Below are positions 1 to 9,432 of a stretch of 64,000 bases of DNA, piece after piece. The notes beneath the pieces were generated by a model. That model saw only the letters and a list, made by a program, of their open reading frames with translations. It did no database searches and had not been told where the DNA came from. The position numbers were made by a program, and so were the translations under genes. Origin of the DNA: an uncultured Gammaproteobacteria bacterium (lineage in GTDB: Bacteria > Patescibacteriota > Microgenomatia > CAYSOG01); assembly GCA_964432675.1 (NCBI GenBank), contig CAYSOG010000001.1, positions 4,523 to 68,522 of the forward strand, in the 5' to 3' direction. Numbering within the stretch: the first letter of the stretch is position 1; each line of letters begins with the position of its first letter.

Positions 1-291
1 CTTTGATGGTTTGATCTTCAGAGAGGTTTGTTAAAAGGATTACGGGGATTGGTTTTGTGGTAGGGTTTTCCTTCAGCCGCTTCAAGACCTCAAGGCCTGA
101 CAGTTTTGGCAACATGATATCAAGCAGTATAATGTCTGGTTTTTGCTCTTCAACTTTTGCAACACCTTCAGTACCATCTTCTGCAGCGCTAACGCCAAAG
201 CCGCTTTTGGTAAACTGGCGTATGTATAAATCACGTACGAAGAAGTCATCTTCAATGATCAAGACATTTTTTTTGGCATCTGTTTGGTCCA
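1..291 (-). CDS. Response regulator receiver (CheY-like REC) domain protein, partial (continues beyond window edge)
   Basis: Reverse-complement translation from ATG at 289-291 gives MDQTDAKKNVLIIEDDFFVRDLYIRQFTKSGFGVSAAEDGTEGVAKVEEQKPDIILLDIMLPKLSGLEVLKRLKENPTTKPIPVILLTNLSEDQ..., the canonical REC domain with conserved D-D, phospho-acceptor D and K. Not in ORF track because it runs off the window. Confidence 0.85.
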
Positions 292-478
292 TATATTTGC
301 CGCCACTACGTATGCTTAGTATATACTTTTCGCTTCAATTGGTCGATCGTTATTTATCAGCCGATATAACTGTCTTTAAAAAGTTACTCGAGCGAAAAGT
401 GCTAATTTATAGATAAAAACTCCATCTTAGTATATTATTTTGCAATTCAGTATAAAATAGCAACTTATAAAATGCCGT

Positions 479-1246
479 TTAACTAGCATTTTGCCAAATT
501 AAAGTAATTGCTTGTGCCACTACCGCAAGTCCTAGCCCTGCAAGTAATACCAATGTTGTGGCGATAAGTGTAAGGAGTGGATTGTTATCGAGCGCGAGAA
601 AATAGAAGGCTGCTCCTAATATAACGTACACCCACCAGATTAATTCTAGGCCAATTTTTGTTAATCTAGGTTTTTTTCTTGATTGTCGTAGCCCAAAAAG
701 TAAAAATTTATAGCTTCTTCGAATTTTCCTTTGGAATATTTTTGCATTTTTTACGATACTGCTTCCTAAAAAGTTGTACTTTCTTGCGGCTTTACTTGAG
801 GTGCGTGCCCGCTTATTCGTTGTTTGTTTTCTTGTTATAGCAGGTTTCTCATTTAGTCTTAGAAATATCCTTAGTGTATCGAGCTGGGCAATTAAAAGTA
901 CTGTGGTAGCTATGCTAGCGGCTAAAATAACTAAAACAATTATGCCAAAAACATCACCAAGTGTATCAGCAAAGAATGGTGCAAAAGAAAAAATCAGAAA
1001 ACCTGTGAAAACACCGAGTATGAGGCAAAGTACTTGCTTAACCTTATCATTTCTCGCACGGTTACTTATCATATCGAACAAAAATGGCAAAAGAGCCATC
1101 CAAAATATTGAGCGTAAGAAGATAATTTGCATTGCCACAATAGCATAGAGACAGAATAGTAATCCAGATATAACAACAGTTTTAATCCTTAATATTGTAA
1201 AGTTATGCATAGTCTCTTTGCCGATATTGAAGAGCTTCAGCGACAT
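479..1246 (-). CDS. Hypothetical polytopic membrane protein with basic cytoplasmic loop
   Basis: Long ORF with several hydrophobic helices and a K/R-rich loop. Overlaps the 3' end of the downstream-coordinate comM-like gene by 44 bp, so the true start may be the internal Met near 1210. Confidence 0.45.
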   Translation of the reverse strand: MSLKLFNIGKETMHNFTILRIKTVVISGLLFCLYAIVAMQIIFLRSIFWMALLPFLFDMISNRARNDKVKQVLCLILGVFTGFLIFSFAPFFADTLGDVFGIIVLVILAASIATTVLLIAQLDTLRIFLRLNEKPAITRKQTTNKRARTSSKAARKYNFLGSSIVKNAKIFQRKIRRSYKFLLFGLRQSRKKPRLTKIGLELIWWVYVILGAAFYFLALDNNPLLTLIATTLVLLAGLGLAVVAQAITLIWQNAS

Positions 1247-2753
1247 GTTCCTTGCTGATAGAGGTTTCTGAGGCTAAATCTGCAATAGTTCGGGCTACTT
1301 TGAGAGTACGGTAGTATGATCGAGCTGTTAAGTGCATTTTTTCAATAGCAGCCCGCAGTAATATTCTAGTTTCGTCGTTAATTGCGCAATGCAATTTTAT
1401 ATCTTGAGTTCGCATTTCTGCATTACACGTGATTGGCTGTTTTGTAAAACGTTTTGTTTGCATATTGCGGGCTTTTTGCACGCGCTTTTGCACGGCTTTA
1501 GAATTTTCGGCTTCTGCTGTACCAGTTAATTTTTCTAGTGATACCTTCGGTACATCAATGTGTAAATCGATGCGGTCTAAAATAGGGCCAGAAACCCGCT
1601 TTTGGTAGCGAATAACTTGGGATGATGTACAAATGCAATGTTTTGCTTCGTCGCCTAAATAACCGCACGGGCAAGGATTTTGTGCAGTTACAAGCATAAA
1701 CTTCGATGGAAAGGTTAAGGCTTGGGTTGCCCTAACAATTGTGGTTGTACCGTCTTCAATTGGCGCGCGCAATGACTCGATACAACTTCTGTTAAACTGC
1801 GGAAATTCGTCCAAAAATAGAATACCACGATGGGCTAAGCTTATTTCACCAGGGCGTGGTTTTGAACCCCCACCCACTAATCCAATTGGCGAAATAGTGT
1901 GGTGCGGTGAACGAAATGGCCTACTTGCAACGAGACCTGTATCAGGTTTTAATAGCCCACAGACACTATATATTTTCGTGACTTCCAGCATTTCGTTTTC
2001 TGTCATAGTGGGAAGTATTGAAATTAAGGCGCGTGCTAGCATTGTCTTTCCAGCGCCGGGTGCTCCTTTCAAACTAATGTTGTGGCCACCAGCTGCACAA
2101 ATTTCTATTGCACGCTTTGCTTGTTCCTGGCCTTTGATTTCGGTCATATCAAATGCAAAGTCGGTATTAAAATGGCCATTGGTTTGGGGTGTTTTACTGA
2201 TCGGTGAAAGTAACGTGTTGCCGCAAAGGTGGTCAAATATTTCAGATAGGCTAGCGGCAGCATATACTGCAATCGGTTTCTGTTCGTTATGCTGTAAAAG
2301 CGCAGTGACGACACTAGCTTCGGGTGCATTTGCACTTGGGACAAAGATAGTGTCGATATTATGCTCTTTAGCAAGATACACCATTGGCAATACACCGTTG
2401 ACACTGCGCAGGCTTCCGTCTAGTGAAAGTTCGCCAAGGAGTAAGGTTTTTGAAACGTCAGCCGATAATTGGCCAGAAGCGATTAGAATGCCGATGGCAA
2501 TAGGTAAGTCGTAGTGAGTTCCTTCTTTGGGAATATCACTCGGGGCTAAATTAATAGTGATACGCTTTGGTGGAAAATCGGCACCCGAGTTTTTAATGGC
2601 TGCACGTACCCGCTCTTTAGCTTCTTCAACTGCTTTGTCAGGTAAACCAACGATAGTGAAAGAAGGTAAACCCATGCCAACAATATCAACCTCCACTTCA
2701 ATTGGAACAGATTCTAAACCAATAATAGCGCATGATTGTACTTTTGCGAGCAT
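1203..2753 (-). CDS. comM: YifB/ComM family Mg-chelatase-like AAA+ ATPase
   Basis: Start trimmed to MLAKVQSCAIIGLESVPIEVEVD.. (ATG 2751-2753). Carries an N-terminal Lon-like domain, a Walker A GAPGAGKT and a C-terminal ChlI-like domain. Typical 505-520 aa length. Confidence 0.88.
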   Translation of the reverse strand: MLAKVQSCAIIGLESVPIEVEVDIVGMGLPSFTIVGLPDKAVEEAKERVRAAIKNSGADFPPKRITINLAPSDIPKEGTHYDLPIAIGILIASGQLSADVSKTLLLGELSLDGSLRSVNGVLPMVYLAKEHNIDTIFVPSANAPEASVVTALLQHNEQKPIAVYAAASLSEIFDHLCGNTLLSPISKTPQTNGHFNTDFAFDMTEIKGQEQAKRAIEICAAGGHNISLKGAPGAGKTMLARALISILPTMTENEMLEVTKIYSVCGLLKPDTGLVASRPFRSPHHTISPIGLVGGGSKPRPGEISLAHRGILFLDEFPQFNRSCIESLRAPIEDGTTTIVRATQALTFPSKFMLVTAQNPCPCGYLGDEAKHCICTSSQVIRYQKRVSGPILDRIDLHIDVPKVSLEKLTGTAEAENSKAVQKRVQKARNMQTKRFTKQPITCNAEMRTQDIKLHCAINDETRILLRAAIEKMHLTARSYYRTLKVARTIADLASETSISKEHVAEALQYRQRDYA

Positions 2754-2827
2754 GTTGGGCAAAGTATACCCAAAAAAGACCCAAAGATGCAAGTTAGAAT
2801 AAGGATTAAAATGCTAATGAGGAAAAC

Positions 2828-3103
2828 TTACGATTGTTTCTTCCATTCACCACCGGGTGTATTAAGGAATTCAGGTGAAACATCGGCGCCGTTGGGCCAG
2901 TAGATTCCACCGATATCATCAACTTTAACTTGGGCAAAATAAGCCTCGTCTTTAAGTGGTTCGAATGCTTCGCCCCACAATTCTTCTGCCATATCAATAA
3001 CATTATGACTTTCGTCATCGAAGGTTACATCAATTGTATATGGCGGAATTACTTTTACATCTACGACGCGCTTATCTCTTCTTTCCATAGTGATAGTATA
3101 CAA
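2828..3103 (-). CDS. Small DUF2442-like protein
   Basis: 91-aa ORF. The IYWPNGADVSPEFL motif resembles the DUF2442 family. The internal Met (MERRDKRVV) may be the true start. Confidence 0.4.
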   Translation of the reverse strand: MYTITMERRDKRVVDVKVIPPYTIDVTFDDESHNVIDMAEELWGEAFEPLKDEAYFAQVKVDDIGGIYWPNGADVSPEFLNTPGGEWKKQS

Positions 3104-3106
3104 CTT

Positions 3107-3847
3107 TTATGCAAGCCGCTTTTCCTTGGCAATAACGCAATTTGGACAACGGAGAGAATTTGCTGCCAAGATAATTGCTGGATCTTTTGAAGCCTGGATT
3201 ATAATCCGGTCGTTTTCTTTTAATCTTGTTACATTATGATTATTGTCGATAGATAGAATGGCTGGGCCCCGGACGATGGTTACAATAATTTGATCCTTAT
3301 CGGTAAAAAATAACGGGTCTAAGGGGTGGACAGGATTATTGAAGGCTAAACCGAATCCTTGGTCGAACATTTGGCGTGTAATGCTATGGAAGTAAGCGGT
3401 TGAGCCAAATGGCGTGGCTGCAACTACACCGTCACCAATAATAATTTCATTGTCCTGAACCGTTTGTCCGTTAAGCAAGACAGAAAGCCGAACTGCATGA
3501 ATTGGTAGCTCATTTGTTATGACAATTTCATTTAAGGCATGTTGGACTTTACCTGCAAAATCAACAGCTAGTTTTTGGTAGGCCTTCTTTTCTAATTGAT
3601 TCTTAGCGAGCGCTTGTATCAAAACTTCATTGGCATGTTCGGCACATTTGACACAAGTAGCACTGTCCCTGATGGGTAATTTTGGTATACCCGGATACTC
3701 TTGTTCAGAAGCCAATAGCGTTCCATCCCCACCATAAGATATTACGATATCCGGGTTATTTTGGACGACCATTAGCCCTTCAGCTTTAACTAAGTTTTCT
3801 AATGACAGGGCATTTTTACCGTAAAGAAGAATATTCATCTTTGTCAT
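3107..3847 (-). CDS. nadK: NAD+ kinase
   Basis: GGDGTLL motif, NE/D short motif and the conserved C-terminal DGxxxxTPxGSTAYxxSAGG-like segment (ATPFGSTAYFHS). Start trimmed to MTKMNILLYG. Confidence 0.85.
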   Translation of the reverse strand: MTKMNILLYGKNALSLENLVKAEGLMVVQNNPDIVISYGGDGTLLASEQEYPGIPKLPIRDSATCVKCAEHANEVLIQALAKNQLEKKAYQKLAVDFAGKVQHALNEIVITNELPIHAVRLSVLLNGQTVQDNEIIIGDGVVAATPFGSTAYFHSITRQMFDQGFGLAFNNPVHPLDPLFFTDKDQIIVTIVRGPAILSIDNNHNVTRLKENDRIIIQASKDPAIILAANSLRCPNCVIAKEKRLA

Positions 3848-3886
3848 TGTATCAATTTCTTGCCCTTGTGTGTACAATGTGCAACT

Positions 3887-4477
3887 ATGTTACGGAGTAA
3901 GCGAAGGATAGCTATTTTTGTCGTATCGTGCGTGCTCATCATATCGAGCGGTGTCATAGCAACGCGAAGTCGAGCAAGTGAAGCTGATATTGCGTCGCAA
4001 ACGCCACTAGATTCAGCAGCAGTTGAAACGGTTGCAACAAACTCCGCGACTACTAGTCCAATTAAACTTGACAGGCAGAACATTGTTAAAGTAACAAGGG
4101 TTATTGATGGCGATACAATTGTAGTGGAAGGAAGTATAAAAGTTCGTTACATCGGAGTAGATACACCAGAAACGGTCGATCCGCGCCGGCCAGTTGGTTG
4201 TTTTGGAAAGGAAGCCTCTAATTTCAATAAGCAATTGGTGGAAGGCAAGATGGTCCGGTTGGAAAAGGATGTATCTGAAACTGACAAGTTCGGCAGGCTA
4301 CTGCGTTACGTTTATTTACAAACTGATAATGGAGAAATTTTTGTTAATGACACGCTTGCAAGACAAGGATATGCCATGGTTAAAACATACCCGCCTGATG
4401 TAAAATACCAGGACCAATTTTTGCAGGCACAGCAAGAGGCACGTCAAAATAATCGCGGTCTTTGGTCCAAATGTTAA
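3887..4477 (+). CDS. Thermonuclease (staphylococcal nuclease, SNase-like) with N-terminal membrane anchor/signal
   Basis: VTRVIDGDTIVVEG..VRYIGVDTPET....FGKEASNFNKQLVEGKMVRLEKD...DKFGRLLRYVY...VNDTLARQGYA is the SNase fold signature. N-terminal hydrophobic segment. Confidence 0.8.
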   Translation: MLRSKRRIAIFVVSCVLIISSGVIATRSRASEADIASQTPLDSAAVETVATNSATTSPIKLDRQNIVKVTRVIDGDTIVVEGSIKVRYIGVDTPETVDPRRPVGCFGKEASNFNKQLVEGKMVRLEKDVSETDKFGRLLRYVYLQTDNGEIFVNDTLARQGYAMVKTYPPDVKYQDQFLQAQQEARQNNRGLWSKC

Positions 4478-4620
4478 TAAAACTTAAGTAGCAAGCTTGC
4501 ACATTTCCTTAGATATAAACAATCATTTTACTATTCCCCAACATCAAACTCGCCGGTAAGTCTAGATGTAAAAAATAGACGAACTGGCGAGCTGATATAA
4601 AAAACCTTTTAACAAATTTA

Positions 4621-4773
4621 TTATGCCGCTTTTGGCGCACCAATCTTGAACATGGTTGTGCCACAAACTGGGCACTTACCTGTAGCAGCTGGCTTACCAT
4701 TTTTCATAGTAACCTGCTTTTCATCTTGGGCTTCGCGTTTTGCTCTGCATTTAACACAGTACATTTCTGACAT
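4621..4773 (-). CDS. Small zinc-ribbon protein (DUF5679-like), 50 aa
   Basis: Minus-strand translation MSEMYCVKCRAKREAQDEKQVTMKNGKPAATGKCPVCGTTMFKIGAPKAA with two C-x-x-C pairs. Too short for the ORF track. Followed by a hairpin on the minus strand. Confidence 0.6.
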   Translation of the reverse strand: MSEMYCVKCRAKREAQDEKQVTMKNGKPAATGKCPVCGTTMFKIGAPKAA

Positions 4774-5026
4774 TCAAAAACACCTCCCTTTTATGAGCAG
4801 ACGTTTCATTGCTAATTATTAATTAAAATGGCGTTATGAGCATCTGCAAGTATTGCAAGCACATTTCATGCCTGAACAGTATCAACAGTAGTATATCTTA
4901 TACAGGCTTGTCAAGATGTAAAGTATGGAAAATAGGCACGGAATATGACAATAAATCTATCTATATATTGGAATTTGCTATTACAATAGGCTAATCTAAT
5001 TTTGATGGAACCGTGATGTTTTTACC

Positions 5027-5374
5027 TTAAAACCCGAGGATATGCTCGAAATGAACGAGCCAGAAGACCGAGAATTCAATCACAAGGATAGCGGCGGTTA
5101 AGAAGATAATTCTGGTTAAGTCTTTGCGAACATAGCTAATATCCTGCTGCACTACGGATGTATTCTGAGTTACTATCTTGGGACTAACTGACTTTTCTGC
5201 CTGTAAAGCAGGTAAGCGATAAGAAGGTGCTGCGGTAATTGTTTGACTTTCTTGTTGGCTCGGTGGTGTATCCGCTATAGCAGGCGAAGCAGAAAAGAGC
5301 GTTTCGTCAAGGTGCTTAAGCCTTTTTTGTTGTGCCCGTAGCTTTTGTTCACGTGTTTTCTTTGGCATGGCCAT
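5027..5374 (-). CDS. Hypothetical protein with C-terminal transmembrane helix
   Basis: 115-aa ORF with a basic N-terminus (KKTREQKLRAQQKRLKHL), a low-complexity middle and a C-terminal hydrophobic helix. Confidence 0.4.
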   Translation of the reverse strand: MAMPKKTREQKLRAQQKRLKHLDETLFSASPAIADTPPSQQESQTITAAPSYRLPALQAEKSVSPKIVTQNTSVVQQDISYVRKDLTRIIFLTAAILVIEFSVFWLVHFEHILGF

Positions 5375-5489
5375 TATTGTATATCAGACTATCCCAGTTA
5401 TGCAACGCTTACCGACTACCCTTGGCCATAGATTGACGCATGAATAACAAGTATGCTACAAATGGGGTAAGATTTTACCCATTTATCCG

Positions 5490-5921
5490 ATGGACTATAT
5501 TATTGTTGGGCTTTTAATTATTTCACTTTGGCTGCTTGTATTAACAGGCTACTTCTTTTATTCCCTTGGGAAAATAAAACAGCTCTATAGCCATTCCGAC
5601 ACTGGTAAGCTGGATGAGCATCAGAAGCTATTGGGAACCATGGCAGAACAAATAAGCAAGATGCGTAAAGCCGGAGCGTCGTATGTTCAGCGGGTTGGTT
5701 TAGTGCGGTTTAACCCATTCCAAGATGTTGGTGGCGATCAGAGTTTTTCACTTGCGTTATTAGATGGCGATGGTAATGGTGTTGTTATTTCGAGCTTACA
5801 CTCCCGGGCTGTAACCCGAACGTATGCTAAGCCAATTATCGGGGGCAAAAGCTTACGGCATGACCTATCACAAGAAGAAGAGCGGGCAATAGCCCAAGCC
5901 ATTGAAGAAAAGATTAAATGA
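5490..5921 (+). CDS. DUF4446 family protein
   Basis: N-terminal TM helix, then VGLVRFNPFQDVGGDQSFSLALLDGDGNGVVISSLHSR..RTYAKP, which matches the DUF4446 pattern. Confidence 0.6.
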   Translation: MDYIIVGLLIISLWLLVLTGYFFYSLGKIKQLYSHSDTGKLDEHQKLLGTMAEQISKMRKAGASYVQRVGLVRFNPFQDVGGDQSFSLALLDGDGNGVVISSLHSRAVTRTYAKPIIGGKSLRHDLSQEEERAIAQAIEEKIK

Positions 5922-6021
5922 TACTGGCCTTTGTCTTAAAGAATGAATAACAAACTCCGGTCAAAAAGCCAGAGGGACGGCCATATTAGAAATATAATTT
6001 GTTGTCTGGTATACTAAAAAT

Positions 6022-7179
6022 ATGGAACCTACTAGTCAAGGCATAACTAAGCAGAAGTTTTTTATTCCAGCGCTGTTACTCTTTTTGTTTGTGGGTAGCT
6101 TTTTAGCCTCATTTTTTTACTTCAGAACTAATTCTTCGGCGAAGATGGTAGGTATGACCAGTGATGGGACAGTAAAGAGTAAGGCCGGTGACATGGTATG
6201 CCCATTAAACGGCGTTAAATATGACAAGGCAAGCCAAGATGTTTGGGAAAAGCGTCGGCCACTAGGTATTATGGTAGAAAACGAAATCGAGGCTCGGCCG
6301 CAATATGGTCTGTCAAAAGCTGATGTCATTTACGAAGCTGTGGCTGAAGGTGGTATTACTCGGTTTATGGCTGTTTACCTTTGCCAAGGTGCCGATAAAG
6401 TCGAACCAATCCGCAGTGCCAGAACATACTTTTTAGATTGGATTTCAGAATATGATGGCCTCTATGCTCATGTTGGCGGTGCCGGCACGTCGGGTCCGGC
6501 TGACGCCCTTGGCCAGATTGACCGCTATGGCATTAAAGATTTAAATCAATTTAGTATCGGTTTTCCAACATTTGAGCGTGACCAAGACCGTATAAGCCGT
6601 GGCTTGCCAATCGAGCATACCATGTTTACATCTACCCAGAAATTATGGGATTACGCACTTTCAAAATTCGGTTGGGGAGCAAAAGATAAAAACGGTGTCC
6701 CCTGGGATGCAAACTTTGTACCCTGGAAATTTATTGATGACGCAGCACTTAACCAGCGTGGTTCAATGACAACTGCCACCATACCATTCTGGGACAAAGG
6801 CCCTGGTGACTATCGAGTTGAGTGGACATATGATAAAACCCAGAACATCTATAAGCGTGCCAATGGCGGCATTGACAGCATCGATGAACTTACCAAGCAA
6901 CAGCTTACAGCAAAAGATGTTGTTGTCCAATTTATGGACGAAGAGCATGCGAATGACGGCTACCCAGGCAACCAACACTTAGTGTACGGTACGATTGGTA
7001 GTGGGACTGCGATCATTCTTGAAAATGGCAATGTAATCAACGGTACTTGGCAGAAGAAAGACCGTCTGGCAAAAACAAAGTACTTTGACGCTTCGGGTAA
7101 TGAGGTCAGTTTTGTACGAGGACAAATTTGGATTGAGACTGTACCAACGTACAATAAAAGTTTAGTAACGACAAAATAA
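6022..7179 (+). CDS. DUF3048 domain-containing secreted/membrane-anchored protein
   Basis: N-terminal TM anchor. RPLGIMVENEIEARPQYGLSKADVIYEAVAEGGITRFMAVY is the characteristic DUF3048 core. Confidence 0.7.
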   Translation: MEPTSQGITKQKFFIPALLLFLFVGSFLASFFYFRTNSSAKMVGMTSDGTVKSKAGDMVCPLNGVKYDKASQDVWEKRRPLGIMVENEIEARPQYGLSKADVIYEAVAEGGITRFMAVYLCQGADKVEPIRSARTYFLDWISEYDGLYAHVGGAGTSGPADALGQIDRYGIKDLNQFSIGFPTFERDQDRISRGLPIEHTMFTSTQKLWDYALSKFGWGAKDKNGVPWDANFVPWKFIDDAALNQRGSMTTATIPFWDKGPGDYRVEWTYDKTQNIYKRANGGIDSIDELTKQQLTAKDVVVQFMDEEHANDGYPGNQHLVYGTIGSGTAIILENGNVINGTWQKKDRLAKTKYFDASGNEVSFVRGQIWIETVPTYNKSLVTTK

Positions 7180-7190
7180 AAAACATTGTT

Positions 7191-7235
7191 GGCCAGGAAA
7201 GGTTGCTAGATTGGCCTGGTTTGTTATAAAATTTG
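7191..7235 (+). terminator. Weak intrinsic terminator downstream of DUF3048 gene
   Basis: ccagg...cctgg stem extended by G-U pairs, followed by ttgttataaaattt. Confidence 0.35.
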
Positions 7236-7351
7236 CGTAGAATTAATACTACGTATCAAAGCAACCGAATGTATATCTGCCTAGTAAAGGAAAGTTTATA
7301 TCGCAAGGGTATAAGAAATTACCTCCTGTCTCCTTGAGGTAGATATATAAA

Positions 7352-7933
7352 ATGCTTGAAGACATTATCATCTCAAAAGTCCGTATCAAATTGCTTACCC
7401 TCTTTTTGCGTAATCCAGGGAAACTCTTCCATGTTCGGGAAATTACCAGACGTACCGAAGAAGAAATTAATGCCGTTCGGAGAGAATTGGCTAGAATGGA
7501 AAAATCGGGTATGGTAGCTTCCGAGTGGCGGCAGAATAGACGGTTTTACCACTTTCGTAAAGATTATCCTCTTTATCCAGAACTAGCGGCATTGATTGCC
7601 AAAACTGTTGGCCTTGGTGCTGAAATTATTAAAAACAGAGCCAAATTAGGCAAATTACGCTACGTTTTTATGACTTCTGCGTTCGCGAAAGGGACAACGC
7701 GCCAGCAGGGTAATATCGATGTATTGCTTGTGGGGAATGTCGTATTACCCGAACTCACGGCACTTGTGAAAGAGGAAGAACTGCGTTTAGACGAGGAAAT
7801 TAATTATACCGTCATGGCAGATGATGAGTTCACCTTTCGCAAACAGCGACGAGACCCGTTTGTCATGAGTATATTAAGTCTGCCCCGTGTCATGTTAATT
7901 GGTGATGAGGATGAAATGTTAAAACCAGTTTAA
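7352..7933 (+). CDS. Winged-helix transcriptional regulator fused to minimal nucleotidyltransferase-like domain
   Basis: N-terminal wHTH-like segment (KVRIKLLTLFLRNPGKLFHVREITRRTEEEINAVRRELARMEKSGMV). The C-terminal part has a G[ST]..x(8-10)..DxD-like pattern (AKGTTRQQGNIDVLLVG). Confidence 0.5.
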   Translation: MLEDIIISKVRIKLLTLFLRNPGKLFHVREITRRTEEEINAVRRELARMEKSGMVASEWRQNRRFYHFRKDYPLYPELAALIAKTVGLGAEIIKNRAKLGKLRYVFMTSAFAKGTTRQQGNIDVLLVGNVVLPELTALVKEEELRLDEEINYTVMADDEFTFRKQRRDPFVMSILSLPRVMLIGDEDEMLKPV

Positions 7934-7999
7934 AAATCTTCCCTTTTTGTCTATTCCTTTGCCCATCTGTTACAATATAACTAGATCAAAGAATATCAT

Positions 8000-9343
8000 A
8001 TGCGATTACCTTTTTTGAAACGCACACTGCCACAACTAAAAATCAGATTTGGCCTGCTGGTTATTATTTGTTTGGCGGCCCTTGCCTTCTATCTTGATTT
8101 ACCAAAAATACCGCTCAAATTTTCCTTTGGTTCTATCTCTATTAATAGGACTATCGAACATCCAAGCCTTAAGCTTGGTAGTTTTAATCGGGATTTAAAC
8201 CCCAAATTGGGTCTTGATTTAAAAGGTGGTACGCATATTGTCTTGGAGGCTGATATGAGCAGCGTACCAAAAGACCAACGTGACCAAGCGCTTGCTTTTA
8301 CACGCAACGTTATCGAGCGTCGCGTCAATTTGTTTGGTGTGTCTGAGCCGGTTGTGCAAACTTCCAAAAGTGGCAATACTTACCGGATAGTCGTTGAGCT
8401 TGCTGGTATTAAAGATATTAACGAAGCAGTTGCCGTTATTGGTAAGACCGCAAAACTCGAATTTCGGCAATTTACCAACACAAACCAGACGATGGTGGCA
8501 CCTGATTCAACAGTCGATAATACTGAACCGACTGGACTAGACGGTTCTGACCTCGCGAGTGCTGAGGTAATTTTCGATCCGCAAACCTCAGCGCCAGAAG
8601 TCGGTTTTAAAGTTGCCAGCGGCAGTCAAGATAAATTTTATAAGGTAACACAATCATTACTTGGTAAGCCTATGATTATTGTGTTAGATGGCCAGCCAGT
8701 ATCCGCACCAACAGTGCAGGCGGCTATTCGTGATAGTGGCCAGATTACAGGAAATTTTACCTTGCAGCAAGCCAAGGACTTAGCGCTTGAGCTGAATGCT
8801 GGATCACTCAAAGCACCAGTTAAAATTGTCAGCCAAAGCAATGTTGGTGCAACACTCGGAAGCGATTCGATTAAGAAAAGTATTATAGCAGGCGCAGTTG
8901 GTGGAGCAATTATCGCGTTCTTTATGATCGCTAACTACGGCCTTTTAGGTGTTATTGCCGATTTGGCATTGATTGTTTATACTTTGGTAACATTTGCAGT
9001 CTTTAAATTTATTCCGATTACATTAACGCTTGCTGGTATTGCAGGTTTTATTCTTTCAATCGGCATGGCGGTTGATGCTAATATCTTGATTTTCGAGCGG
9101 ATGAAAGAGGAAGTCCGCTGGGGAAAATCTCAAACGGCTGCCTTGACCTTAGGTTTCGACCGGGCGATGAGTTCCATTAAGGCATCAAATATTTCAACAC
9201 TTATTACAACAGCCATTTTGTATACCTTTGGGACAGGACTAGTGAGAGGGTTTGCACTAACCCTAGCAATCGGCGTATTATTGTCAATGTTTTCAGCAAT
9301 TACTGTTACAAAGACCTTTTTAAAAGCTCTGTATAGGATATAA
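8000..9343 (+). CDS. secD: Protein translocase subunit SecD
   Basis: LGLDLKGGTHIVLEAD...NVIERRVNLFGVSEPVVQ....LEFRQ, plus a six-TM C-terminal domain. Typical SecD. Confidence 0.9.
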   Translation: MRLPFLKRTLPQLKIRFGLLVIICLAALAFYLDLPKIPLKFSFGSISINRTIEHPSLKLGSFNRDLNPKLGLDLKGGTHIVLEADMSSVPKDQRDQALAFTRNVIERRVNLFGVSEPVVQTSKSGNTYRIVVELAGIKDINEAVAVIGKTAKLEFRQFTNTNQTMVAPDSTVDNTEPTGLDGSDLASAEVIFDPQTSAPEVGFKVASGSQDKFYKVTQSLLGKPMIIVLDGQPVSAPTVQAAIRDSGQITGNFTLQQAKDLALELNAGSLKAPVKIVSQSNVGATLGSDSIKKSIIAGAVGGAIIAFFMIANYGLLGVIADLALIVYTLVTFAVFKFIPITLTLAGIAGFILSIGMAVDANILIFERMKEEVRWGKSQTAALTLGFDRAMSSIKASNISTLITTAILYTFGTGLVRGFALTLAIGVLLSMFSAITVTKTFLKALYRI

Positions 9344-9432
9344 TAAAAACAAGTGCTAAAAATTAAAGTTTGAAAATCAAATATAAAGATTTGTTTAGTT
9401 TTAAATAGTATTACCTGTCCTAACTGTCATTC

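Noticed and set aside
57-416. 119-aa plus-strand ORF from the track
   Set aside because: Low-complexity translation fully antisense to a clear REC-domain gene on the minus strand. Treated as a shadow ORF.
774-1148. 124-aa plus-strand ORF inside the membrane-protein gene
   Set aside because: Antisense overlap with the longer membrane-protein ORF, no RBS and hydrophobic mirror-frame composition.
1741-2514. 257-aa plus-strand ORF inside comM
   Set aside because: Completely internal and antisense to the well-supported ComM/YifB gene.
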